Positions 1 to 12,700 of a DNA stretch of 64,000 nt are shown here, piece after piece. Both the position numbers and the translations under genes were made by a program. The stretch is from the NCBI RefSeq assembly GCF_036321535.1, contig NC_087452.1, positions 11,594,001 through 11,658,000 of the forward strand, given 5' to 3'. The notes beneath the pieces were generated by a model. That model had not been told where the DNA came from, made no database searches, and worked only from the letters and a program-made list of their open reading frames with translations. Each line of letters opens with the position of its first letter. Position 1 is the stretch's first letter. The DNA comes from Camelus dromedarius. Lineage: Eukaryota.

Positions 1-878
1 TTCTTTTGTGGTTTCCACAAAAGCCAGCCAGAGTAAACAGACCCAAACAGGCTGCTAAAGGAAAACACAGTAAAGGAGGAATGCCAGGTGGACAGGGAGT
101 CCTGTTTGATTACCTGGATGATAATAAAAAATGTAAAATCTTGGTAGGAATCATCACTCCTTTTGCTTGGAATGTATGTCCCTGCCTATTTAAGTAACTT
201 ACACACTGGACTTGTGCCCAATCCTGATTAGCCAGTAACCAAATATAAGATTTGCACAGTTGAAGATTTTTGGATGAAATTCATGGGTAATTACACTTGG
301 AAACTCTTGTGAGAAACGTACAATGTAGGTATAAAAATATTTTTATTCCTCTTTTTCATTGTGTCCAAACTTGCTACCCTAAACTGTAACTGAGCTGCAC
401 GACTGATAAAAAGCATACTAAATCTGCACATTAGGTTTGAGTCAACGAAAAGGAGATGTCCAAAACATCGGCTTTTTTCCCTCTCCAAAATTAACATGCT
501 GAATAACAATGGGGCTACTTTTCTTGACTGAAGCCAAAATCATCACTAGTCATCAGAGTGCCACATTCATCATCTTCTCCCACTGCGCCATCATTCTTTA
601 ATCCAAAATCTAGGCACACCGATTTGTGCTTCCATTGTAGTAGTGGATGGTCCCCGTAGGTTCTTGCCGGGCACAATGCTAGCTTGTATCCTTATGAGAT
701 ACCCAATAAACTATAATATCCCAACCCAGGATTTCCGTCACGATAAAAGACACACTCGACTAACCACACACACTGGAGGCTACTGTCTCTTTTCCTACTT
801 TGGGAGGTTGCATTATACTGTATGCCTTGTGGCAGGTCAGGTGGGCAGCATAGGGAAAGCGTACTCTAGTACCAAGAG

Positions 879-1075
879 CAGTATCACACTATTGGCATTT
901 TACAGCAAATCATTCTCTGTTGTGAGCAGGCTGTCCTGTGCCCTGTGGGATGTTTAGCAACATCCCTGGCCTCTACCCGCTAGATTCCAGGAATACCCTC
1001 TCCAAAGATATCTCCGGGCATTACAAATATCTCCAGAGGGGAAAGGGAAACCCTCTCCTCATTGAGAACCACGGG
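879..1075 (-). mobile_element. MER20-like hAT-Charlie DNA transposon relic
   Basis: GGCTGTCCTGTGCCCTGTGGGATGTTTAGCAACATCCCTGGCCTCTACCCGCTAGA and terminal TTGAGAACCAC match the reverse complement of the MER20 consensus as recalled. Confidence 0.7.
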
Positions 1076-1089
1076 GTTAGAACAAAGAC

Positions 1090-1300
1090 TATGGCACCAG
1101 ACTGGCTGGGTTAGGATTCCAGCTCCTTAACTGTGCAGTGGTGTGACCTCAAGCAACTGAGTTAGTCTCAAAATGCCTAAGTTTCCTGAGAAGTAAAATG
1201 GGGATAATGCTAGTACTTTGCTCAACATCGCTGTGGTGATTACACACATGAACCTAAAATAAAGCATGAGCAGAGCGCCTGGAAGGTGTAATTAGCTCTG
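1090..1300 (+). mobile_element. MIR SINE (degenerate)
   Basis: MIR core-like TGTGACCTCAAGCAA...AGTTTCCTGAGAAGTAAAATGGGGATAATG. Confidence 0.55.
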
Positions 1301-1747
1301 TGATATATATTTCACTGCTGCTGCTGCTTTTGGCAGTTGTTATTATTATCCTTTTTAAGTGAAGACATAAGATTTAGTCTTAAGTCTGTATCTAAACACT
1401 ATGCCCATTTGGCAAGTCACCCAACAACCTGGGTTTCAGTTTTCTCATGAATCAACTACAGGGTAGACCAAATATTTGTTAGCGATGCAGCACAGTACAG
1501 TGGCTAAGAGTCCAGGTTCTAGATCAGACAGCTTGCGTAGGAGCCCTGGATCTACCACTTAGTAGGTCTTTGGCCACAGAAAGATCATTGAACATGTCTA
1601 AAGTTCATGCTCTGATTCCATAAAACCTGGAAAATAAAGCTCCAATCCCATAGCATCCATGTGAGAATAAACTGAGATGATGTAGACAACATCTTAGTAG
1701 AATAATCAGTAACAACATAAATACTCGACATGTTACACAATTAGTCT

Positions 1748-1882
1748 NNNNNNNNNNNNNNNNNNNNNNNNNNNNNNNNNNNNNNNNNNNNNNNNNNNNN
1801 NNNNNNNNNNNNNNNNNNNNNNNNNNNNNNNNNNNNNNNNNNNNNNNNNNNNNNNNNNNNNNNNNNNNNNNNNNNNNNNNNN
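1748..1882. other. Assembly gap (135 N)
   Basis: Run of N. Confidence 1.
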
Positions 1883-2305
1883 CTGTAGAAATATGTGGAA
1901 TTTTAAAAATACCCAAACTCGTAGAAACAGAGAACAGATTGGTTGTTGACAGGAGCAGGGCATAGGGGTGGAGGTGGGGAAACAGGTGAAAGTAGTCAAA
2001 GGGTACAGACTTCCAGTTAGGAGGAAGTTCTGGGGATGTAATGTAAAGCATGATGACTGTAGTTAACAATACTGCATTGTATATCTGAAAGTTGCCAAAA
2101 AGTAGATTTTAAAAGTTCTCACTACAAAAAATAAATAAATAAATAAAAGAATCTATATGAAGCAATGGATGTGTGAATTAAACTTATCCTGGTAATCATT
2201 CTGCAATATACACATATATAAAGCCACTATGTTTTACACCTTAGACTTACACAATGCTTTACGTCAATTATAACTCAATAAAGCCGAGGGAATAGAAAAA
2301 AAAAA
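1883..2305 (+). mobile_element. L1 3' end (L1MA/L1MB-type)
   Basis: GTACAGACTTCCAGTTA...ATGATGACTGTAGTTAACAATACTGCATTGTATATCTGAAAGTTGC...GTCAATTATAACTCAATAAAGC followed by an A-rich tail; typical L1 3' UTR. Confidence 0.8.
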
Positions 2306-3326
2306 CAAATTACATATGACTATAAAGGTGAGGGGAAATAAGTCATTAAAAAGAATAGCCTCAGTGGAGTACGTGGAAAAGAAAAATGAAACTAATTCTT
2401 TGTATTTACCTAACTTTCGTTCCTATTAAGTCCAGAGTGCCCTGGAGTAAATACACTAGCCTTTTTACCTGGATACCCCAAGAGGAAAAGCATAACGATC
2501 TTTGAATACAGGCTTTGAGAATCCTCAGAATATGATTAAGGTGGGCTACTCTCCTTTTAAGATAGACCATCATAAGACTATATAGATGAATCCCACTCAT
2601 TACGCAGAAGGCATGGGTTAAGTTAGACAAGGATGTTCTCTGATCAGGGCCATAAGGAAGCAGGATTCTCAGTTTAATGCCTACTGACTCTACAACAGGA
2701 AGCCATATGAAGCACTCTCTTCCTCTGACCCACTGCTTTATTTCTAGCAACTAGCATAGTGTCGGACACACAGTGGGTACACCATAACATTCAGTGACTG
2801 ATGACTGCAGAACCAGTGTTCCAACCCCTGCGAGAGTCTTGGGTAGAGATGCTAAGCATATGTAGTAGTGTGAGCTAAAGGACAAGGTTTACCGTAAGTC
2901 CCTTTGAAGGGGGAATATCCTCATCGGTAACCCTTAGAAGCGAGTTAACTCCAATCTTTAGAGGCCAGAGCTAACCATGAATCATTTGTCACTTAAGCTG
3001 GGCAAAATCATCAGTTTCACCAACTCAAAGAAACATCAAGAGAATGAAGACGAGTCAGCAGTCACGGGCAGCAGAGATCTTCCCTCTTAATATTTGAGCC
3101 ACAAGGGGTTGCATTTGTAGCTAAATTCCAGATTTCACTCTATTCATAGTGGCACCAAACATGCATGGGACCATGATAATAATGTCCAGGAGTTCCAGAA
3201 TATATAATATTGATCTCTTGTGACCTGACGGGAGAGTTTCAAAATGATAAATATCTAAATGGTTCAGGGGATGATTTCTGGAATAGTGTCACTTAGAAGG
3301 TGATTTTAAACTTGAGGAACCATGAC

Positions 3327-3473
3327 NNNNNNNNNNNNNNNNNNNNNNNNNNNNNNNNNNNNNNNNNNNNNNNNNNNNNNNNNNNNNNNNNNNNNNNNNN
3401 NNNNNNNNNNNNNNNNNNNNNNNNNNNNNNNNNNNNNNNNNNNNNNNNNNNNNNNNNNNNNNNNNNNNNNNNN
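3327..3473. other. Assembly gap (147 N)
   Basis: Run of N. Confidence 1.
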
Positions 3474-3905
3474 TGCAGCAAATTGGATGGGCCTGGAGAA
3501 TGTCATTCTAAGTGAAGTAAGCCAGAAAGAGAAAGAAAAATAACATATGATATCACTTACATGTGGAATCTAAAAGAAAAAAGACAAATGAACTTATTTA
3601 CAAAACAGAAACAGACTCACAGGCATAGAAAACAAACTTATGGTTCCAGGGTGAGGGGTGGGGGGGACAGAGTGGGAAGGGATAAACTGGGTTTGAGATT
3701 TTCTGATACTATTATATATAAAATAGATAAACAAGAAGTTTATACTATATAGCACAGGGAACTATATTCAATATCTTATAGCAACTTACAGTGAAAAAGA
3801 GTATGAAAATGAATATATGTATGATCCTATATGACTGAAGCATTGTGCTGTACACCAGAAATTGATCCAACATTGTAAACTGACTCTACTTCAATAAAAA
3901 TGTAA
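3474..3905 (+). mobile_element. L1 3' end, artiodactyl-type
   Basis: Reads like the end of ORF2 (NWMGLENVILSEVSQKEKEK), then a G-rich tract, AGCACAGGGAACTATATTCAATATCTT and TTCAATAAAAA. Confidence 0.85.
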
Positions 3906-5231
3906 AACAAGACAGAGTCAGTGTCGAGGTGGGAATACCAGAAAAGATCATACCAAGTGACAGTGGTGATAAACTCTACACTGGAGAAGAAGTCTAGGGT
4001 ACTTCTATTGTGAGATGTTTTAGAGAAAAAATGTGGCCATGGCTCACACAGAGCTGGATGGCTAGACCAGTTACATCTCATGTGACAGCTCTGATCCACC
4101 AACAGCGGCTTTCTCGAGGGCTCTGTTGAGAAATATGATAAACTCATTTCCAGGTTTAACAGGGTTTCAGAGAAGCAGTAACCCCAGGAGCTATCCTAGA
4201 CTCTCCCAAGATCTACTCATATTGGTTAGGTAGGACTAAAACCCTTATTTTGAATGCAAATCTGCCTTGCAGTAATCTTTGCTCCTATCTGTCCTCAGGA
4301 ATCACAAAATTGCATTGTAAATGTTTACTTATTTAATAAATGAACATTGCTCTTCTTGGAAACAAAAGGGGAGTGGTAATAATTAAACTATGTATTTGCT
4401 ATATTTGGCTCAGACACTGAAGTCAACGCATAAAAATCAGATCATCTCCTTACAGTAATTTGCTGCCCCGTGGATCCAATGGTTGAGGTTATGCAGCCAG
4501 AAAGGACAGGAACCCAGTTAGCCTTCTGTAACGGCCAAGATGGTCTAATAAAAGACCTTCATTTTCAGAGCTCGGAGCTGTTTTTAGCACCATCTCTGGA
4601 AGGCCACTCCTTTTTCATCTGCCTGCCCCCCTGCCATAAACATCACAAATTAACCTGAAAGGGCAAGACCAAGAAGAAAAGCCCATCTGGCCAAATCCTG
4701 AGAGGATCCCTGCATCCATGCAGGTTTTATTGTGCAATCTGAAATACTACCAATACGTTGTTGAGAATATGTTTTGCTTTGGAGCTGCACTGCAGATGGG
4801 ATGGTGACAGGGTGGCAACTGCAATGCAGATGGGCGGCATCTTTGAGGGATTTCCAAAACCCCTGTGCATTTTTCCACTTTTCTGGTTCTTTTAACTGTC
4901 TTCAGAAGCTCATGGTATGTGTCTATAGCGGGATAATCCTAAATGAACGCTTCCTTTAAAAGATAGATACGACTTGTAAAATTAGCGAAGAAAGAACGGT
5001 TACAGAAGTACCATTGTGCATTTGCATCCACAAGGGAACAATCCTCATGTGTGACTGTTCCTGGGAAAGTGTTCACAGCACTTTTGGTATCAACAAGGGG
5101 GCAGGTCACCATTTAGGCAGTGACTGAGAGCACGACTAACATAGGTACTGTGTGTGTGTAATTTTCATAACCACAGGGTGTCCGTTGATCAGATTGCAAA
5201 TGTAAAGGGGAAATCTGATGCTGCTACTTAC

Positions 5232-5255
5232 CTTAGCTTCGGCTAAGAAAGAATG
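5232..5255 (-). other. Candidate 24-nt cassette microexon (HSFLAEAK, phase 0)
   Basis: Minus strand: ...gtgtacacag|CATTCTTTCTTAGCCGAAGCTAAG|gtaagtag. Consensus donor; only one of three frames is open. An inner AG would give an 11-nt alternative. Confidence 0.35.
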
Positions 5256-5261
5256 CTGTGT

Positions 5262-5290
5262 ACACACACACACACACACACATACACACA
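5262..5290. repeat. (CA)n microsatellite
   Basis: ACACACACACACACACACACACATACACACA. Confidence 0.95.
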
Positions 5291-6494
5291 AAGGGCAATA
5301 CACAAGGCACACTGGGTAAAAAGGAAGAATTACCCAGTCTAACAGGTGAAAGAACCAATATCACATAAGTCACTAACACAAAGAAAATGTGCTTAGGGAG
5401 GTTTGATAGCAAGACCAATACCCAGCACTACAGTCGTGAGGCCAGAAATTTATGAGAACTGCCATTACCTCATTTGCATTTTCTCCCTATCACAAAATCC
5501 ATTTAAACACGAAGCCTAAAAGAGTATCTGCCCACACAAAATAATCGTAATAAAAATAAGATCATTTATTTTGCTCACCTTTATACCTGTATAAAGTAAT
5601 CACAGACAGTTATGGGCACTGGCTTGGTAGGAAAAAAATCCATTCTTGAAAAGCTCATTAGTAAATTGCCCAGTTTTAATGAGTACGCCCACCCCCAAAA
5701 TGATCACTACCAACATCCTCTAAGAGGGAATACATAGATAGTGCCTAATTAATATCTTTAGACTTAGTGAAGACATCAAAACTCAAGTATATAACCTGAT
5801 AATTAGATATTTCTATTCTAATACAAAGAGTTTATTGAAAATGATAAAAGAGAAAGTTTAGCTTGACTTACATTATAGGTCCGTTATACTCAAGAAAGAC
5901 ATGTCCTTCAGGGTTAGGCAAAACACATTTCAGGCTTTAAAAACACATTTCATTTTATTGGTTAATATTAACTTATATTGGTATCAAAATGGAGTCATAT
6001 ATTATAACTTTACCATTTGGTTTAACTTATAGCAGCTTAGTGAGATTAAAATGTGGTCAAATGCTATTCATGTAGGCACATCTCTCAGACAATAAATTAT
6101 ACTGAGCAAGAGATTGTGCAATTCAATACTCAAACTGAGAATTGCATAGAACCTCTGGTTTCAAATGCTATCATTAAATTTGATAAACGTCTTTCCACCC
6201 TTCTACATTGCATTTCTGCAAATGAAACCCTGGTTCTACTAGTAGAACCCTGTTACTCTGAATAACTCCATAACTGGTAGGAGATGTCTGAGCAGGAATC
6301 TTTCAGAAATAAATGCAAAGCAGATACGTTTCTATGTGTAGCTTAAGGTGTTCAATATCTCCCAGCTGATAATGATAAATACACTGATTAATATAAATGA
6401 AAAATTCCCAGGTTGGTCAAGTGGTAGAGTTCTTCGCATTGCCTAGAGAGTGATCACTAACAAACGGGATACCAAGCTTTGGATGTAAACTTAC

Positions 6495-6554
6495 CTTGAG
6501 AGAATGGCATTGGGCCGAACGTGCTTGATGAATTACACAGAAATAAGGAAAGTT
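6495..6554 (-). other. Candidate cassette exon, 60 nt (alternatively 84 nt from 6578)
   Basis: Consensus donor AAG|gtaagt. Acceptor ttgattttcttgacataaatctag gives NFPYFCVIHQARSAQCHSLK (phase 0); upstream atttgcag gives 84 nt, DFLDINLELSLFLCNSSSTFGPMPFSQ (phase 1). Confidence 0.3.
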
Positions 6555-7289
6555 CTAGATTTATGTCAAGAAAATCAACTGCAAATGCCAGCATGGCAGA
6601 ATGGAGTTCTGACTTGACAACAGGTCATATGAAAAGTGTCTGGGAGTTTTAGTCCACCACAAAATCAGTAGTAGCTTCTGGTTTTGTAGATACCTTAAAT
6701 TAGCTAAAACAGAGCCTTGGGGAAATGAATGAGACTGTGAACACTACCAATGTCAGAACATACCTGGAATGTGTATTTGGAAATATACATAATGTCTTTT
6801 CCCAGAAAAAAAGTCATAATAAAAATTTCATGTATTTATTTACTGTTTGGATTTTTCTTCATGCATATGCTTTGTGATTTTATTGGCTTTTCTTAATGGC
6901 AACAGATATTCTGGGCTGCAAAGCAGGAGCTTGTTTTTCACTTTGTTATTTATAATTTTATTATTAGTAAGCACAACTAATAAATATTATTTTTAAAAAA
7001 CTAATGCCTAGTAACCTTTCAAATATAACCAAAATATCAATAATGGTAGTGATGATAACAACAGGAAAAAGAAACCACTCCTGGAATATTATCACCAATA
7101 TTGGATTCTGCATTTTAAGAGGAAACTTAACAAACCAGAGTCTGCCCAGGGGAGACAGGAAAGGGTGGGATCAGAGAAGGTACAGCTGAAGCGGTTGTAG
7201 GTGTTAAGTTTGAAGCTGATAAGATCCAAGAGAGAAAAAGTACTGTGTACAGACTCTGGAACTTGGGTGCTTAGTCTTTGAGTCCCGGC

Positions 7290-7445
7290 GCAAGCAGGGT
7301 GTGACCCAGTGCAGGTATGTTCACCTCTCTGTGACAGTTTCCTCAACTGTAAAGCAGGTTTAACAGCAGTATTCACCTCACAAGTTTCTGAGAATTCAAA
7401 GAATGCCGATGTGTAAAACACTAAGTTCAGTGACCCAGCACAAAG
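7290..7445 (+). mobile_element. MIR SINE
   Basis: CTCTCTGTGACAGTTTCCTCAACTGTAAAGCAGG MIR core. Confidence 0.6.
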
Positions 7446-7494
7446 CGAAAGCTCCAAAATACACAGCTCCCAAGAAATCGAGAGCAGTTACTCA

Positions 7495-7995
7495 AACAAA
7501 TACATGCACATGAACAGTCATAGCTGCACGATTCATAGCAGGCAAAACATAGAAATAACCCACCCATCTATCAATTGATGAAGGGATGAATAAATTATGG
7601 TATAATGAATTATACCAATGAATTATTCAGTCATTAAAAAAAAATGAAGTACTGATAAATGCTACAACATGGATGAATTGCCAAAACAGGGTGTTAAGTG
7701 AAAGCAGACAGACACAAAAGGTCACATACTGTATGGTTCCATTTATATGAAATATCTAGAACAGGTAAATCAACAGAGACAAAAATCAGACTAATAACTG
7801 ACAGGGGCTGGGGTAGGTACGGTAAGAGGAAAGAATGGGCAGTTTTATACTGAGTTTTATTTTAAGGTGATGAAAATATTTTAGAATGAGATAGAGGTGT
7901 CTTTTAGAACACTGTGAACAGACTGAATGCCAGGAAATTGTTCATTCAAAAATGGTTAATTCCAAATTATGTGAATTTCACCTTGATAAATATTT
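7495..7995 (+). mobile_element. L1MB-type 3' end
   Basis: ATGAAGTACTGATAAATGCTACAACATGGATGAA...GACACAAAAGGTCACATACTGTATGGTTCCATTTATATGAAATATCTAGAACAGGTAAAT...TTATGTGAATTTCACCT. Confidence 0.85.
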
Positions 7996-8189
7996 AGATG
8001 ATATTTATAGTAATATAGAAAAGGGTAAACTTGTTGATATGTTACTCGTCCCCCTCCACTGTGGATGGGGAACTCACTCCCTCATAAGACAACCTATTTC
8101 AGGTTCAGGGAGTTTGGACGTCAGGAAAGATCAACGTGCTCAATGGACTTCAGCCTGTTTTTCAGTTCTAACTGCTATCGGCTGTGCAA

Positions 8190-8320
8190 AGTCGGCAAGT
8201 TACCTAGTCTCTATTGTAAAACAGGGTAACAAATGCCTACAAGATCAGTCTATAATGCACATTAAATAAAAGTAATCCACATTGTGTCTAGTACAATGCC
8301 CAGCACACAGTAGGTGCTTG
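8190..8320 (+). mobile_element. MIR SINE 3' part
   Basis: CTATTGTAAAACAGGGTAAC...AATGCCCAGCACACAGTAGGTGCT. Confidence 0.5.
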
Positions 8321-9499
8321 CCGGGAACAAATACACCCTGAACTTACTAGATCTAAGTGGACGAAGATTTGGCAGGGGGATTATGGGAGAGAAGGAAGAG
8401 GGGCAAGTTTAGAAGGTTCAAAGTTTCTAGTGGCTAGGTTTTGTCACTGATTAAGTATCAACAGTGAACTCCGCAGTTAACTCTGCTGACCTGTGCACCA
8501 ACGGCCCTCTCCCCAAACCGGACTCTACTTCTCCCTCCGGGGACACACAGTAATGCAATTCCTGCCCAAAAGGACACCCTTCAACAATGACACTTGGAAG
8601 ACGCAAGAAACAGAGACACACCTGGCTTAGCACACAATGTATTCAATCACTGAATTTAATTTTCCGTACATTTTGGAGGTGTCCTCCCTCTCTCGCCGAC
8701 AAAATAGTAAAACCTTGTAAGTAAAAATGTCCTCCTCTCCTCACCTACTACCAGAGCAGTTAAAATACAGATTCCCGAAGAGATTTCTGGTTTTGGAAAG
8801 TCAAGTGTGGAAGCAAGGATGTCTCTCCTTAAAAAAAAAAGAGAACAAGGAAGGAATGGAGGGCCCCTTCTCCCTGTTCTGCCTCTCTTCTCTGTCCTCT
8901 CTGGATGATGACCATCTCGGGGGGCCGACATTCACCCAGAGCGTCTGTAACAGTCCATTACACCTGTTGTCCTAGCCTGGAGAACAATCGATAAGCCCAA
9001 ATGAAGAGTAATGGTTGATGATCCTTCCTCACTGATATTACTGTTGCCTACTGCTTCCCACATATTCTTCTGCCACTGCCCTTGCTGTATTCGGCTGCAC
9101 CCTTTCCTGGAAGAACTCACACGTCCATCCCTGACTTTACGTGAGCCTCAGGCACATTCTCTTCTGAGCAATCCAGCTCTGATTAGTTGCTTCCACACCA
9201 TATTTACTGGCTTTATTTTTGTTTCTGAGACGAAGTGTGCTTGACACTGAGTGAGTGAGCCACTACTTTCAGTAATTTATCATCAAATACACTCAAGACT
9301 CTCCTCCGTTCTCTATTTCCAGACGGCTTAACGACATCTCTTAAGGACTGGCCCACCACTTACACTCCTGAGTGTAACAGTTATCTCTGAATCTCAGTCT
9401 AGGATAAAGGTGCTCCAAAAAGTTTTTTTAAATGTCCACAAATCCAGCCATAAAATATTTCCTAAGCATCAAATTAGTATGAAAGTTATGTTAGAGACA

Positions 9500-9710
9500 T
9501 AAGATCATTAATGGAGTAGAAAACATATACATAGGTTTTGGAATTAGAAAGACCTAGACTTGATTCTAGCTCTGCGGATTTCTTGCCATATGACAACAGA
9601 GAAATTGACTTCTCTGAGCCTCAGATTCCTTACTTATGATACAGGACTGACTATATCCAGCTTCTTGGAGTGTTACAGGATATAGAAACACATGTATATA
9701 AATCACTTAA
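9500..9710 (+). mobile_element. MIR SINE
   Basis: AGACCTAGACTTGATTCTAGCTCTG...ACTTCTCTGAGCCTCAGATTCCTTACTTAT. Confidence 0.6.
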
Positions 9711-12700
9711 ATATTTTCCACATTTTCTATATTTACCCTATTAAAGTATGGTTTTCATTTCCAAGTAACTTTCTGGTTTCAATTGGGGTTTATAAATATA
9801 TTTTCATATAATTTGATTGTTTCAGGTCAAATCAGCCTAATGATGCTGCATAACTAACCAAACTATAATTCACCTTGTTTATTGTAGTTTTGGCTATTTT
9901 ATAATACTAACCTTCAAGTCAAACATATTTATCTAGTTCTCTCATGCATTATGAATAAAATCTGAATTTATTTCTCTCTCCAGTTCATGGTCAAATAAAT
10001 GTACTAAAAACCTTTCAGGACCAACATCCCTTAGATTTTTCATTTTTGTTTTCTTAATAGTACAGTGAAAAGAACATAAAGTACACAAATGTCATCCTAG
10101 TTTTCTGCCTCTGGAAAGCTATGTGATCATGAACAAGGTATTTCATTCTACTGAGCCTTATTTGTACCTCACTTTTAAAATGCACTTGATTATATTCTGC
10201 CTCCCTACTTTAGTTCTTTTAAAATGAGCTTTCATATATTTGAAAGTGCTTCATACACACTAAAACTAACAACAAGCAGCTATCATTAATTTTTCAGAAT
10301 TTTTTGCTATTTTCTTGATTATTCCTTTGATTTTTTAGTGGCAAATAAGTGAACATCTTTCTCCTAAAAATTTTTTAAGTAGTATTTATATTTAGGATTG
10401 ACATGAAAGTTCACTGTAGGCAACAAACTAATTTGAAAAGTTCCAGACATTTTTTGATTCTGTAACTTGATGGTTCTGACTCAATTGCCTTTTTTTTTTC
10501 TTGTTGAGTTAATCACATAATTACAAACTAGCAGATTATTTTATGCAAGAAGACTGTTCCACAAATTAGGTCACTGTCATTTATCATTACCATTTCTTTT
10601 CAAAACATATCAAATCGTACAGTCTGTTAACACTCGCTTTAGTGTGTATCATTTTATTTCCCTCAAATGAACATTATGAATAATGGCAAAGACCTAATCA
10701 GGAAAAAAATTAAAAATTCATTGTAAAGTACAACCATGAATATATGCAATGATCAAAGCCAGTATAAGAACAACAACAAAGGGTGATGTTTTAGTGCTCT
10801 TAGAGAACAGGGGAATAGGCTTACAGGGGGTCATGCCTCTTTTATATGCTGAGACTTCAGGGGATGAAGAAATAAGCTGTTTGAGTAGAGACTGTTTCTT
10901 ATATACTCCTTCATGCCAGTCCCTTTCCCCTCCTAACTGCTTCAAGTTCATGAATAAACATGATTGATTCCAAGGGGTAGAAGCTTGACAATCATGTAAG
11001 CTAAATACCAACTGAGTGAAAAACATCAGCTTGAAATACAGATGCATTTAAGTTTTAGGAACCTCTGTCCATACCCCCTTCACCTAAACAACAACAACAA
11101 AATGCTCTGGGCTAGAGGGAAATGATACTGTAATTAGATGAGGATCAATTGGCACTTTGTAATTACTAGGCTGAAATCATGCCAGACTAAGTCCCTTCGC
11201 CAACAGAATTAAAGCCACAGAAGTTATATAAGGACAGGGCTATTAGAGCAGAAGGTGGCAGCCCAGAGCCTGGGTGAAGTCACATGACACATGCACAAAG
11301 GAGCGCTTGGCACTCCCACAAGAACTAACTTTGTACAGGGCTGGAGATCAGTAGGATGGCTGGGAACATCTGCACATCCACCTCATTTTACAGAGAAGGA
11401 CACTCGTGCCAGGGCAAGAAAAGTGACTTTTCCAGCTCAAACAGCTAATCAATAGCAGAGTCCAGACCTAAGCTTCTGGCTCCTGTTCTCACTTTGCTTT
11501 CTACACAGTCCTGCCTCCTCATGTCGCTGTGGGATGGGTTTTTCTTTCCCAGTCTCTGTGAATGTCACCTGAAGATGTGCCTGATTTGTAGGACCTAAAA
11601 TTAAGAATTTGACTAATGATAACTAAGACAACTCAGATGAGAATCAACAGTATTTCTCTCCCTTCATAAGCATGACTTATATGAAACTGAGATTTAACTC
11701 TTGTCCAGAATTCCTGTTTTGGACCCGTAAGGGAAGGAGATCAATTGGTTAAAATTTACAAAATTATGTAGCACACTGCTGCAGTGACTCTAAAAAGTGA
11801 ACAGATTTGTCTACTAATTTAAAGGACTTACTGGAGCTGGGAAGGCATGTTACATATATAATCATGATTCAGTAATAAAAGAACAAAAAAATAGAATATT
11901 TCATCATAACAAAAAAACTCAGGAAAACATGTGCACAAAAGAAAACACGCTGCATCAAAATGGGTTATTTTACAATCATTGTGAGAATATATACATTTAT
12001 ATGGTTACAGTCAGCTAATAATTGTGGTTATAATTATGACCAAATCAACATTGATAAAAGTAGAAAATTAGTATATAATAAATATATTTAAGAGAGATAC
12101 AGAAATACACATAAATAGTTTGATTAAAGGAAGCCTACTGACTTCAACCCTCTGGGGTTAATTTTAAATACAGACCCTAATGTCAAAACTGTTTTTATAT
12201 TCAGAATACCTCATTTCTGCTTATTTCAAATCATCATGAAAATAAAACATATGAAGCTTGCTGGTGATGCCCCAGATTGTATAATCCTACCAAAGACGTT
12301 AACAGAAGCTCTAAAAATCTAATTAAATTTTAGAGTGCTAGTAATGTCGCCATAAGGCCCATGCAAGCTATTATCTACATTAATAAAAATTAAGTTCAGA
12401 CTATATCCTTTTCTGAATAATAATATACCTGGTTTCAAGGTCATTCTTACTTCCTTACTTAAGAATCTGTCTTCTCTATTCTCATAAATAAAACTGAGTC
12501 GTTATGAAGGGAAAAACCAAATGCCTTCCCTTTTATCCATTGTTCTTCTCTCAGGCCATGTAAGAGGGATCGCACAGCCTTCCCACCTTGGGTTGGGGGG
12601 CAGAGTTCATAGCATGGCGTATCTCCACCTTTCCTCACTTGCCCCTGCCAGGAAAGGAAGGTCTCTGTAATCTCTATCCTGTGCTCTCTCTTGAACAACC

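Noticed and set aside
1605-3543. ORF-track entries with long X runs (also 61075-61434)
   Set aside because: Artefacts of N gaps read through as open frame.
10839-10905. Two TATA-like boxes on the minus strand and a 109-aa ORF (10718-11047)
   Set aside because: TATA matches are frequent in AT-rich DNA; ORF has no recognisable features.
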